A DNA stretch of 64,000 nt from an uncultured Candidatus Saccharibacteria bacterium (GCA_964467225.1 CAYXPQ010000003.1:4276-68275), one strand, 5' to 3'. Counted from the first letter of the stretch, positions 29,415 to 39,630 are shown. The notes: a model not told the origin generated them from the sequence alone. Program-made: numbers and translations.

Positions 29415-30716
29415 ATGAATAATACTGTTATAACAAGATTTGCACCTTCTCCTACTGGGTTTCTGCATATTGGAGGAGTTAGAACTGCATTATTTAATTA
29501 TCTCTTTGCAAAGAAGAATAGTGGCAAATTTGCTTTGAGAATTGAGGATACAGATAAATTGAGAAACAAAGAAGAGTGGACTACTGGATTGATTGAGGAT
29601 TTGAACTGGTTAGGTCTTAAACATGACATTTTTGTTAGACAGAGTGACAAAGTTTCTATTCATAGTTCATATATTCAGAAAATGATTGATTCTGGGCATG
29701 CATATATCTCAAGAGAACAAAATATTGAAGAAGGCCAAAGATCTGAAGTGATTAGATTTAAGAATCCAAACAAAAAGGTTGTAATAAATGATTTGATACG
29801 AGGAGAAGTAGTAGTCGATACTACAGATTTAGGAGATTTTGTTATCGCTAGGAGTTTGGAGGAACCAGTGTATCATTTGGCTGTAGTTGTGGATGATTTT
29901 GAAATGGGAATTACTCATGTTATACGTGCTGAAGAGCATTTATCTAATACACCCAGACAAATTCTTATTCAAGAGGCTATAGGAGCTCCTAGGCCATTAT
30001 ATGCACATTTACCGCTTGTTTTGGCAGAAGACAGATCTAAGCTTTCAAAAAGAAAACATGGCGAATCTGTATCATTAACCTATTATAGAAATAGGGGATA
30101 TTTGCCTCAAGCAATCTTAAATTTTGTTGCTTTGATTGGCTGGAATCCAGGCACAGATCAAGAGATATTTAGTTTAGAGGAACTGATAAATTCATTTGAT
30201 TTGTCTAAGGTTCAAAAGGGTGGAGCAATATTTAATGTCCAGAAACTAAATTGGGTAAATAAGAAATACATTGACGCAATGTCAATGGATGACTTTGCTA
30301 AAAGTGTAGTACAATACAATGTACCCACGAAACTTCTGCAATTAGTCAAAGAGAAAATCAACAAATTTTCTGATATCCCCGACCTACTTTCAAATGAGCT
30401 TTCATTTGTAGGTTCTATTCCAGATTATGATATGAATTCTTTGAAATGGAAACAGGAACCTAATCTTATAAACACCAAATCTTATATAGAGAATATAATT
30501 AATATTCTTTCAAAAATAGAGGATTTTAATAAGAATTCAGTAAAAGACGCAATTTGGTCATTAGCAGAGGAGAAGGGTAAAGGCAACATATTGTGGCCCA
30601 TGAGATTTGCATTGTCTGGCAAAGACAAATCACCTGATCCATTTATATTGTGTGAAATTTTGGGCAAAGAAGAATCTCTAAAACGTTTGAGATATGCTTA
30701 TGAAAAATTACAATAA
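29415..30716 (+). CDS. gltX: glutamyl-tRNA synthetase
   Basis: RFAPSPTGFLHIGGVRTALFNYLFAKK (HIGH) and KLSKR; TGtTATAAT -10 element ends 13 nt before ATG. Confidence 0.9.
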   Translation: MNNTVITRFAPSPTGFLHIGGVRTALFNYLFAKKNSGKFALRIEDTDKLRNKEEWTTGLIEDLNWLGLKHDIFVRQSDKVSIHSSYIQKMIDSGHAYISREQNIEEGQRSEVIRFKNPNKKVVINDLIRGEVVVDTTDLGDFVIARSLEEPVYHLAVVVDDFEMGITHVIRAEEHLSNTPRQILIQEAIGAPRPLYAHLPLVLAEDRSKLSKRKHGESVSLTYYRNRGYLPQAILNFVALIGWNPGTDQEIFSLEELINSFDLSKVQKGGAIFNVQKLNWVNKKYIDAMSMDDFAKSVVQYNVPTKLLQLVKEKINKFSDIPDLLSNELSFVGSIPDYDMNSLKWKQEPNLINTKSYIENIINILSKIEDFNKNSVKDAIWSLAEEKGKGNILWPMRFALSGKDKSPDPFILCEILGKEESLKRLRYAYEKLQ

Positions 30717-31989
30717 GATAATAATATTTTCATTTCTAATTTTTTTTAATTTAAATTTTGTTAGAGCTGAAACCATTGAAGAACTAAAAAGTAAGATTAG
30801 TGATAAAAATGATGCTATTCAAAGACTAGAACAAGAAATAAGGCAGTATCAATTAGATATTGACGCATTAGGTCAAGAGGCTAATTCCCTAAAAAATAAT
30901 TTAAAGTCTCTTGATATTTCAAAAAAGAAATTAGAAGCAAGTATAAAGATCACTGAAAATAAAATCGCTTCTCGTAACCTAGAAATCAAGGAATTATCAC
31001 TACAAATAGGGGATAAAAGTGACAGAATAAATGACAGTAAAAGAGTTATTTCTCAATCGTTATATAAAATATCTCAAACAGATTCTGCCTCTGTTATAGA
31101 AGCAATTTTTGGCCAGAAATCATTCTCAGAAATCATCAATAGTTCTGATCAATTAGCAATATTACAAGCTAATATGCAGGATAGAATACATGAGCTTGAG
31201 GATTTGAAAGAAAATTTAGAAGAAAATAAGAAGCTCACAGAACAAAAAAAGAAAGAGCTTGTTTCATTGACAAATGATTTAAGGAATGAAACTAAGATTA
31301 TTGCTGATACTGTAAAAGAAAAGAATTTAATTCTTCTTGAGACCAAAAATACTGAGTCTAATTACAAAAAATTATTGACAGCTAAACAGATTGAGAAAGA
31401 AGTATTTGAGAAAGAGATTCTTGAGTTTGAAGCAAATCTAAAAACAATTATTGACCCTAATAGTATTCCAAATTTTAATACAGGTACATTAAGGTGGCCC
31501 CTAGATCATATAAGAATAACTCAATATTTTGGTAATACAGAATTTGCAGCTAGGAATCCTCAAGCCTATGCAGGAAAGGGTCATAATGGTATTGATTTTG
31601 GAGCATATATTGGTACTCCAGTTAAGGCTGCATTATCTGGTGTCATTGTTGATTCTGGAAATATGGATTTAGCTAATAAGGGTAAATGTAAGAATTATGG
31701 TTCTTACGGTAAATGGATATTAGTTAAGCATAATAACGGTCTTGCAACTTTGTACGCACATTTATCACTTATTAAGTCAGTCAAAGGCCAAAAGGTCTCT
31801 ACAGGGGAAGTTATCGCGTATAGTGGTAATACTGGCACATCGTTTGGCCCACATCTTCATTTTACAGTATTTGCTTCTGACGGAGTAACTATTGCGAAGT
31901 TGGTAAACAGTAAAAATTGCAAGAATGCAGTTTTACCAGTAGCTCCACGAGCTGCCTATCTTAATCCGCTTTCATATTTACCAGATTAA
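30694..31989 (+). CDS. M23 family metallopeptidase with N-terminal coiled-coil (EnvC/LytM-like)
   Basis: Signal peptide, long coiled-coil, C-terminal HNGIDFGA...YAHLS...GPHLHF M23 motifs; alternative ATG at 30700. Confidence 0.8.
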   Translation: MLMKNYNKIIIFSFLIFFNLNFVRAETIEELKSKISDKNDAIQRLEQEIRQYQLDIDALGQEANSLKNNLKSLDISKKKLEASIKITENKIASRNLEIKELSLQIGDKSDRINDSKRVISQSLYKISQTDSASVIEAIFGQKSFSEIINSSDQLAILQANMQDRIHELEDLKENLEENKKLTEQKKKELVSLTNDLRNETKIIADTVKEKNLILLETKNTESNYKKLLTAKQIEKEVFEKEILEFEANLKTIIDPNSIPNFNTGTLRWPLDHIRITQYFGNTEFAARNPQAYAGKGHNGIDFGAYIGTPVKAALSGVIVDSGNMDLANKGKCKNYGSYGKWILVKHNNGLATLYAHLSLIKSVKGQKVSTGEVIAYSGNTGTSFGPHLHFTVFASDGVTIAKLVNSKNCKNAVLPVAPRAAYLNPLSYLPD

Positions 31990-32011
31990 AGGTAATATTT
32001 AATTCAACATT

Positions 32012-33169
32012 ATGTATAGAAAAACCTATATTGAAATTGATACCACTAGTCTCAAAAATAATGTGCAGAATATTTTGAATAATTATTCTGGATACAAGTA
32101 TTATATTGGCGTAGTTAAAGGAAATGTCTATGGTCATGGATATGAAAGTATTAAATATTTATTAGAATCAGGTATAAATTATCTCGCAACATCAACTCTC
32201 GAGGAGGCAATCAAAATTAGAGAGCTCTATCAAGATATTCCAATAATGTGCCTTCAGCCAATTTATATCAAGGATATTAATGTGGCAATAGAGAATAATA
32301 TCTCAATAACTATTTCAGATTATGATTATTTCAATAATCTAATTAAATTAAACTTATTAAAAGGAGTTAAATTTCATTTAAAAATAAATAGTGGTTTAAA
32401 TCGATTAGGAATATCAGACATGAATCATGTCTTGGATATTATTAATTTTTGCAAGAATAATTCATTTATTCAAGTAGAAGGGATTTTCTCTCATTTTGCA
32501 ACAACTGGCATATATGAGAAGCATTGGGATGATCAATTAGAGAAATTTAGAAACATTACTTCGTTAATTAATCTAAGTGAAATACCAATTGTTCATCTCG
32601 GAAGAAGTCTTACACTCTTAAACCATGAAAAGATTGACATAGTTAATGCTGTACGAGTTGGCGCTGTTATGTATGGCTACTATACCACCTCATTAAGGTT
32701 GAAGGGGTTAAGGGCATTTCTCAGAGAAGTAAAAAGGAAGATTGATACAAGATTATTCAATATAAGTAAAACAAATCGAATTATAAAAGGCCATTTTGAA
32801 CAATGTTTATCTTTATTTAGTGAAATTATAGAAATCAAAAAAATTAAAAAAGGAGAATATATTGGGTACGGATCTTTTTATCAAGCAAAAAATGATATTT
32901 ATACAGGAATAATACCAATTGGTTATGCTGATGGATTCTTTAGAAGTAACAATAGAGGTTATGTTTCAATAAATTCTAAGAAATATCAAATAATCGCTGT
33001 TGATATGGGAATGTTGATTGTGGTTATTGATAGTTCAGTCAAATTATATGACAAGGTAGAAATCTTGGGTCACAATATCACTGCTCATGATCTTGCAAAA
33101 AGAAACAAAACAACAGTCTATGAGGTTCTGTGTGCATTTAAAGATACAATCCCTAGAATATTAAAATAG
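32012..33169 (+). CDS. alr: alanine racemase family (PLP fold-type III) racemase
   Basis: VVKGNVYGHG (PLP lysine), C-terminal IGYADGF. Confidence 0.85.
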   Translation: MYRKTYIEIDTTSLKNNVQNILNNYSGYKYYIGVVKGNVYGHGYESIKYLLESGINYLATSTLEEAIKIRELYQDIPIMCLQPIYIKDINVAIENNISITISDYDYFNNLIKLNLLKGVKFHLKINSGLNRLGISDMNHVLDIINFCKNNSFIQVEGIFSHFATTGIYEKHWDDQLEKFRNITSLINLSEIPIVHLGRSLTLLNHEKIDIVNAVRVGAVMYGYYTTSLRLKGLRAFLREVKRKIDTRLFNISKTNRIIKGHFEQCLSLFSEIIEIKKIKKGEYIGYGSFYQAKNDIYTGIIPIGYADGFFRSNNRGYVSINSKKYQIIAVDMGMLIVVIDSSVKLYDKVEILGHNITAHDLAKRNKTTVYEVLCAFKDTIPRILK

Positions 33170-33176
33170 AAATTAC

Positions 33177-34391
33177 ATGCAAAAAATGGATTTCACAGTA
33201 TTAATATTGGGCTCGGATATTAATGCCTACTATATGGCTCGCTGTTTCCATGAATTATATAATTTAAAAGTCGACATGATGGCGAGGCTATTTTCTGGCC
33301 CAACAAAGTTTACGAGTATTATTAATCCAATACTCATTTCAGGTAATTCAAATTCAATTATTCTTGATAATTTAAATAAATACGCTCAAAATTCTAGTTT
33401 TAATAAGATTCTTTTGATTGCAACTAGTGATAAGTCGGTCAGACAAGTCGTAGAAATGAAAGATAAATTAGACAAAAAATTTGTTTTTAATTATCCGACT
33501 ATTGAAATAATTAATAATTTACTTATAAAGGCAAATTTTTATAGAGAATTTTCGAATGAGCTTAATTTACCCAAGACATTGATATATTCATGTAATAATA
33601 ATTCTTTACCCAAAGTAAATTTTGAATATCCAATTATATTAAAGCCATCTAATAACATTGAATATCACAATCATGAATTTACTAATATGAGCAAGGTATA
33701 TAAGATATATGATGAAAATGAACTTTATGAAATAGTAAACAAAATAAAATCCGCAGGATACAGAGACGAGCTTATAATTCAAGAATTTATACCTGGAGGT
33801 GATGACTCATTGTTCGATGCAGTATTTTATTGTGGCAAAAATAAAAAAGTTAAATTAATGACATTTGCGCAGATTGGGTTGCAGGAAAGGACTAATACTG
33901 GGGTGGGGAATTGTACAGTTCTTGTGAATGGATTTGATGAACATGGTTACAAAGATGAAATAGTAATAAAAATGAAAAATTTTCTTGAGAAGATTGGCTA
34001 TCAAGGATTTGCTGAATTTGATTTAAAATATGATTCAAGAGACCAAAGCTATAAAGTTTTTGAAATTAATCCTAGGCAAGCAAGAAGTAGTTATTATTTA
34101 ACAGCCTGTGGTCATAATCTAGTCAAATATCTGATCGATGATCTTATTTATAATAAGGAAATTGGTACCATACTTATTAAAGATAAAATTTTACTGACAT
34201 TTGTACCAAGATATGTAATAAGAAAATATGTAAATAGCATACCTCTCAAAAGAGAAATCGAAAATTTAATTAAAATGGGGAAAATTACAAGGCCACTGCA
34301 TTACAAAAATGATAAGTCGCTAGCACGAAGGATATATTTATTACTTAGAGATTTAAACTATATTTCTAAGTATAGAAAATTTACCTTTTAA
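33177..34391 (+). CDS. ATP-grasp family ligase (candidate amino-acid ligase, D-aspartate-ligase-like)
   Basis: EFIPGGDD and FEINPRQARS ATP-grasp Mg/ATP motifs; 404 aa; placed between alr and murE with asnB. Confidence 0.55.
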   Translation: MQKMDFTVLILGSDINAYYMARCFHELYNLKVDMMARLFSGPTKFTSIINPILISGNSNSIILDNLNKYAQNSSFNKILLIATSDKSVRQVVEMKDKLDKKFVFNYPTIEIINNLLIKANFYREFSNELNLPKTLIYSCNNNSLPKVNFEYPIILKPSNNIEYHNHEFTNMSKVYKIYDENELYEIVNKIKSAGYRDELIIQEFIPGGDDSLFDAVFYCGKNKKVKLMTFAQIGLQERTNTGVGNCTVLVNGFDEHGYKDEIVIKMKNFLEKIGYQGFAEFDLKYDSRDQSYKVFEINPRQARSSYYLTACGHNLVKYLIDDLIYNKEIGTILIKDKILLTFVPRYVIRKYVNSIPLKREIENLIKMGKITRPLHYKNDKSLARRIYLLLRDLNYISKYRKFTF

Positions 34392-36216
34392 CAAAGAATT
34401 CTTCGTACCAAACTAGAAACGTCAATATTGTCCATATCTTTCTAGCATTGTTTATCTTGGATTTTTTATGTTCATCTAAATATCCTAAAATCACTTTTTG
34501 ATCAAAATATTTGGCCGATGTTTCTCCCTCGAAATATTGTTTAACCAGATTATAGTGCTTTTCTTCTCTAAGCCATTCAACTAATGGTAAAGGGAATGCC
34601 ATTTTAATTCTATTTGCGCTTCTTGGATTTATCTTTTTAGCTGTTGAATTACGTAAAGCAAGTTTAGTATTTTGCTCACTAACTTTGAACTTACTTGGAA
34701 TTGTTCTAGCTAATTTGAATATCTCAATATCCAAGAAGGGAACACGCAATTCAAGTGAGCTGGCCATACTCATTTTGTCAGCTTTAAGCAGAATTTCTTG
34801 CACCATCCACATGTGCATGTCTAGATATTGCATTTTAGTTATATCATCTAAATTCTTCACTTCATCATAGTATTTTTTAGCAATTAAGTAAGGATTGGAG
34901 GGTTTAAAATTATTCTTGAGTATGTTTATTTTTTCATCAACTGTGAAGATATTACTGTTACCCAAATATCTTTCTTCAATAGGCTTTGCACCTCTTATTA
35001 AAAAGTTTTTGCCTTTAAACTCAGGTAGAGGAAGGACTAATTTGGCAATCATTTTCCTTAATGGTAGGGGCAGAATTGAATATCTAGCTATAGCTAGAGG
35101 CTCCTTATAAACATTGTATCCACCGAACATTTCATCAGCTCCTTCACCAGACTGGACGACTTTAACCTTACTAGAAGCAAGTTTTGATAAGAAAAACAAC
35201 AAATTTGCACTAGGATTAGCCAGAGGTTCATCTAAATAATATTGAACTTTTCCAATATTATCAAAGTACTCCTCTGAATTTATTAATTTAACTTCATTCT
35301 CCACACCAATTTCTTTAGCTAATTCCTTGGCACTAATATCTTCACTATATCTCTTGTCATTAAAACCTATAGTGAAGGTCTTTATCTTACCCAATCTCGA
35401 TAGCTCATAAGCTACTATACTGGAATCTACACCTCCAGAAAGGAAACATCCGACTTCCACATCACTTATCTTATGAGTATACACTGATTCTTCTAGAGTC
35501 TGAGATATTTTTTTTGAAAAGAAATCTATATCTTTATCAGCCTCAATATCAAAACTAATATTAAAATATTTATCAATCTTTAATTCACCATTCTGATACT
35601 CAAAGTAATGTCCAGGTAATAATTTATAGACATTTTTAAAGAAAGTATCACTTCCAGGAATACAGCTGAAAGTTAAATAATCAGATAATTTATCTTCATT
35701 AAACTCTTTTTTAAAATTTGGATGTGGAAGAAAGCCTTTGATTTCAGATCCAAAAATAAATGTTTTTTCTGATTTATAATAATATAGCGGTTTAATTCCA
35801 AAGAAATCTCTTGCACCAAACAGCATTTTGTTTTTTGAATCCCAAATTACGAATGAGAACATTCCTCTCAATTTCATTAACAAATCCTTTCCATATTCTT
35901 CATAGCCATGAATAAGAACCTCAGAGTCAGTATGTGTATAGAACTTATGTCCCTTTTTTAATAGATCATTTCGTAAAACCTGAAAATTATATATTTCACC
36001 ATTAAATACTAAAACCTCAGTTTTATCTTCGTTATAAATAGGCTGGGAACCACCTTGAAGATCAATTATGCTTAATCTTCTAAAACCTAGAGAAATATTG
36101 TCATCTGAATAACTATCTTCAGAATCAGGACCTCTATGAGATATTTTAGAAAGCATATTTGACAATACCTCCTTGTTATTATCTATTTTACCTGTATATC
36201 CAATAAATCCACACAT
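34381..36216 (-). CDS. asnB: asparagine synthetase (glutamine-hydrolysing), AsnB family amidotransferase
   Basis: MCGFIGY N-terminal Ntn Cys, SGGVDSS PP-loop, 611 aa. Confidence 0.9.
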   Translation of the reverse strand: MCGFIGYTGKIDNNKEVLSNMLSKISHRGPDSEDSYSDDNISLGFRRLSIIDLQGGSQPIYNEDKTEVLVFNGEIYNFQVLRNDLLKKGHKFYTHTDSEVLIHGYEEYGKDLLMKLRGMFSFVIWDSKNKMLFGARDFFGIKPLYYYKSEKTFIFGSEIKGFLPHPNFKKEFNEDKLSDYLTFSCIPGSDTFFKNVYKLLPGHYFEYQNGELKIDKYFNISFDIEADKDIDFFSKKISQTLEESVYTHKISDVEVGCFLSGGVDSSIVAYELSRLGKIKTFTIGFNDKRYSEDISAKELAKEIGVENEVKLINSEEYFDNIGKVQYYLDEPLANPSANLLFFLSKLASSKVKVVQSGEGADEMFGGYNVYKEPLAIARYSILPLPLRKMIAKLVLPLPEFKGKNFLIRGAKPIEERYLGNSNIFTVDEKINILKNNFKPSNPYLIAKKYYDEVKNLDDITKMQYLDMHMWMVQEILLKADKMSMASSLELRVPFLDIEIFKLARTIPSKFKVSEQNTKLALRNSTAKKINPRSANRIKMAFPLPLVEWLREEKHYNLVKQYFEGETSAKYFDQKVILGYLDEHKKSKINNARKIWTILTFLVWYEEFFVKR

Positions 36217-36247
36217 AATAATTAGGCAAGATTATAACACAAAAATT

Positions 36248-37594
36248 ATGAATAAAATATGGTATAATCATAAAATCATGAGGAAATTTCTAAAGAAATT
36301 ACTACCGCAATCAATTTTTGATAAGTACTATTACTATACATCAATGCTCGGTTCTGCTATCTATGGATTCCCATCAGAGAAAATGATTGTTATAGGTGTA
36401 ACAGGAACAAAAGGTAAAACATCAACAATTAATTTTATTTGGACTTGTTTGATGGCGGGTGGGTACAAAACTGGAATTATAAGTACTGCAAATATCAAAA
36501 TAGGTGATGAAGAAGTTCTAAATAACTATCATATGACTATGCCTGGAAGATTTGTCATTAGTAGTCTTATGGCAAGGATGGTCAAAAATGGTTGTAAATT
36601 CTGCATTGTTGAGACAACATCAGAAGGTATCAAACAACACAGACATGTTGGTATAGTATATGATATTTTTGTATTTACAAATCTCTATCCAGAACATTTA
36701 CCGTCACATGATAATAGTTTTGATAAATACAAGGCAACAAAAGCTATTCCATTTAGAAATCTTTCTTTATCAGAGAAAATAATAAATGAAAAAAAAATAG
36801 ATCGAATTATTATTATAAATAAAGACAGCGAACATGTAGATTATTACTTACAATTCAATGCAGACAAAAAATTTACTTTTTCAATAAATACTGAGTCTGA
36901 CAATAGGGCAGTGGAGATTAAAAGCTTACCTGATGCAGTTAAATTCAAATTAAATGGGGAAGAATACTCTCTACAAATTCTTGGTGAATTTAATATTTAC
37001 AATGCTTTACCAGCCATAATAATTGCAAAAGCCTTTGACATTAGTTATGAAAATATTAAAAAAGGTTTATCAGAATTAAATTTAATTCCTGGAAGAATGG
37101 AATTAATAAATGTGGGACAAGATTATACAGTAATAGTTGACTATGCTCATGAGAAGGAGAGTATGACAAATGTTTTGAAGACCGCTATTTCGATACGCAA
37201 GTCCCCTACTAACAAAATTATAGTTTTACTAGGCGCTGAAGGAGGGGGTAGAGATAAGGCAAAGAGACCTCTAATGGGCAGAATTTCTGCTGAGTTAGCG
37301 GATTATGTGATTGTTGCTAATGTAGATCCATATGAAGATGATCCAAAAGAAATTTTAGAGGATATTGCTATTGCATCAGAGCGAAATGGTAAAATTAGAA
37401 ATCAAAATCTCTTTGTTATCGAAGATCGCACACAGGCTATAACAAAAGCCCTTTCATTGGCTAATAAAGACGATATAGTCATCATCACGGGCAAAGGAGC
37501 TGAACAAAGTATCGTTATTGGAGGTGTCTCAAGACCATGGGACGATAGAGTTGTCGTAAGAGATGCTATAATTAAGCAATTAGAAAATAAATAA
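36248..37594 (+). CDS. murE: Mur ligase, MurE-type (UDP-MurNAc-L-Ala-D-Glu: L-Lys or mDAP ligase)
   Basis: GVTGTKGKTST P-loop, Mur ligase middle and C-terminal domains; track start 36173 is TTG, ATG at 36248. Confidence 0.8.
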   Translation: MNKIWYNHKIMRKFLKKLLPQSIFDKYYYYTSMLGSAIYGFPSEKMIVIGVTGTKGKTSTINFIWTCLMAGGYKTGIISTANIKIGDEEVLNNYHMTMPGRFVISSLMARMVKNGCKFCIVETTSEGIKQHRHVGIVYDIFVFTNLYPEHLPSHDNSFDKYKATKAIPFRNLSLSEKIINEKKIDRIIIINKDSEHVDYYLQFNADKKFTFSINTESDNRAVEIKSLPDAVKFKLNGEEYSLQILGEFNIYNALPAIIIAKAFDISYENIKKGLSELNLIPGRMELINVGQDYTVIVDYAHEKESMTNVLKTAISIRKSPTNKIIVLLGAEGGGRDKAKRPLMGRISAELADYVIVANVDPYEDDPKEILEDIAIASERNGKIRNQNLFVIEDRTQAITKALSLANKDDIVIITGKGAEQSIVIGGVSRPWDDRVVVRDAIIKQLENK

Positions 37595-37599
37595 ATCAT

Positions 37600-37872
37600 A
37601 TGATTAAGTGGATTATCATAATAGTAGCTTTATTGGTCTTTCTAGGTTACATTGGCTTTGATGTTCGCAAGGCAATAGAAGCACCTACAACTCAAAGCAA
37701 TCTTACTTATGCTAAAAATGTGACAGTCTATGTGTGGACAAAATATTTACAAAAACCAGCAACATATCTATGGAAGGAAGTATTTGTGAAATTAATATGG
37801 ACTCCAGCTATAAGAATATTATCAGACAAAATCGGAGGGGGGAACAGCACAGCAACTTCTACATCACCATAA
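37600..37872 (+). CDS. hypothetical small membrane protein (90 aa)
   Basis: N-terminal TM IIIIVALLVFLGYIGF. Confidence 0.4.
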   Translation: MIKWIIIIVALLVFLGYIGFDVRKAIEAPTTQSNLTYAKNVTVYVWTKYLQKPATYLWKEVFVKLIWTPAIRILSDKIGGGNSTATSTSP

Positions 37873-37912
37873 TAGGTTATGCGACATTATATTGTTATGC
37901 TAAACTTCAGTA

Positions 37913-38548
37913 ATGAGTTTAAACAACAAGTGGTCGTTAGATAGAATAAAAAAAGGATTTGACTTATTCTATAAGGAATTCGGTCATTACCCTACATCAA
38001 CAGAAATTGATAACTACAAAAATCTTCCATCGTCACGTCAAATTCAAAGAAGGTTCGGCGGTCTGCCAAATCTACGTAAGCAATTAAGTATTGGTGGTCA
38101 ATTAGACTATACAAGAGGTCAACATAGCTCAGAACGTGCAAATAAAATCAACCTGTGTGCAAACAAGATTGAAAAAGAAGTATACGAATACCTAGTCACA
38201 AAATTTGGTGTGCAATTTGTACATAGAGAATTTTTTTTCAATGATGATAGACGAACTAGAACAGATTTTTATGTATATCACAAAACTGGAACATTCTCTG
38301 TAGATACATTTTATCCTAGTACAATAAGAAATCTTAATCACTGCCTTAATAGCAAACTATCATCATATAAGGGACTAGAAATAAAATATCCAATAATATT
38401 CCTGATGATGAATGAATCAATACATGAAGACAGTATTGAACAGTTAATAGGCAACAAGTTGAACAAATTGAGATCAAATCAGTCTGTAATGACTTTCGTT
38501 CGGTTCAAGAGTTTTTGCAACAATCTTAATAGAGCTACGCAGATATAA
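37913..38548 (+). CDS. hypothetical protein with homing-endonuclease-associated repeat and possible PD-(D/E)xK nuclease core
   Basis: WSLDRIKKGFDLFYKEFGHYPTSTEI resembles HNH-associated repeat; TDFYVY...VDTFYP...EIKY resembles D...ExK. Confidence 0.4.
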   Translation: MSLNNKWSLDRIKKGFDLFYKEFGHYPTSTEIDNYKNLPSSRQIQRRFGGLPNLRKQLSIGGQLDYTRGQHSSERANKINLCANKIEKEVYEYLVTKFGVQFVHREFFFNDDRRTRTDFYVYHKTGTFSVDTFYPSTIRNLNHCLNSKLSSYKGLEIKYPIIFLMMNESIHEDSIEQLIGNKLNKLRSNQSVMTFVRFKSFCNNLNRATQI

Positions 38549-38797
38549 TATAATCATTAGCCCTTATTATCTAAATGTCGTATAACATATCATAATAAAA
38601 GATATATTGTGCGACGTGGTATCTTTGGCAAAGTAGGTCTAATAAATAAAATTCTTCTTACTCCCTTTTTACCTATACCTACTATAAAAATTTGAAAAAA
38701 TATTTTAATATATTAATTATAAAATTTATGGAACAAGAAACATTTGATAGATTACTGATACTAATTATAGTCTTTTCAATTTTCTTTTCGTAGTAGG

Positions 38798-38840
38798 GTA
38801 GTTATAAATAGAGAAAACCACAGAGAGCCTTGTGGTTTTC
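38798..38840 (-). terminator. intrinsic terminator for minus-strand membrane-protein gene
   Basis: AAAACCACA-gagagcct-TGTGGTTTT, U-tract on minus-strand reading. Confidence 0.65.
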
Positions 38841-38881
38841 TGTGGTTGAGACTTAGGAACTGACACTTCCCTAGTCTTGAG

Positions 38882-39463
38882 TCAGTAATCAACAGCACAG
38901 GTTTTTGTTGCTGTAGGTTTCCTGAAAAGAACAATACATAGGAGTATGGAGTTGAAAAACATACTTGAGACTGCAAGGATGACTCCACTGAAACTCCAGT
39001 CTGACCCAAGTAGCGTACAGAAGCACGCAACAATGGTGAATCCCCAGACGGGCCAAGTGCCACGAATAGGGTTTCTCCACTGATCAATGAAATTGGGAAT
39101 ACCAGCGGTATTCATTGCAACAATGCCAGCCACAAGGCCAAGCATTGCTCCGTAAGAAAACCAGATATAGGTAGCAATTGCTGCACCCATTGCACTAATG
39201 GTTTCCTTGTATGACCAGAGCCATTTACCCCGAGCAATGAGAGCAACTGTCACACTTCCCGCTCCAAGAGTCCAGGCTCCTGGTAACCAGCCTGGCTTGG
39301 CATTTGCCAAAGTAGTCACAAGAAGTAAGGAATCTAGGATAGTCCACATCAGCCAGCTGGCCGGTGTGGATGCAGGAACCTTGCGGTTCCAGACATTCCA
39401 TGCAAACCTGATTAGGACACTGAAGGCAATAACGCCTCCAATATATGTGAAGAACAGTTTCAA
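38882..39463 (-). CDS. polytopic integral membrane protein, Trp-rich (193 aa), GC-rich
   Basis: TTG start with strong GGAGGT Shine-Dalgarno 5 nt upstream (unusual here); ~6 predicted TM helices. Confidence 0.55.
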   Translation of the reverse strand: MKLFFTYIGGVIAFSVLIRFAWNVWNRKVPASTPASWLMWTILDSLLLVTTLANAKPGWLPGAWTLGAGSVTVALIARGKWLWSYKETISAMGAAIATYIWFSYGAMLGLVAGIVAMNTAGIPNFIDQWRNPIRGTWPVWGFTIVACFCTLLGSDWSFSGVILAVSSMFFNSILLCIVLFRKPTATKTCAVDY

Positions 39464-39589
39464 ATTTACCTCCAGATTTATTTTGGTTGAAATTTAAGCC
39501 TTGTCTAAGGACACCAAAACTCTAGGATTAGTCTATCAAATTAAGACACTAAAGTCAATATGTGTCTATGGTAGCTCGTACACAAAAAC

Positions 39590-39630
39590 ATTCAAAACAA
39601 AAAACCAACCATAGCTGGTCGGTTTTTTGT
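39590..39630 (-). terminator. bidirectional intrinsic terminator downstream of minus-strand gene 39651-40124
   Basis: AACCAACC-atagct-GGTCGGTT; perfect with G-U on minus strand, U-tracts both sides. Confidence 0.6.

Noticed and set aside
38727-38792. 21-codon hydrophobic mini-ORF (MEQETFDRLLILIIVFSIFFS) in the AT-rich spacer after 38548
   Set aside because: It is too short and compositionally trivial in AT-rich DNA, with no promoter or RBS support.
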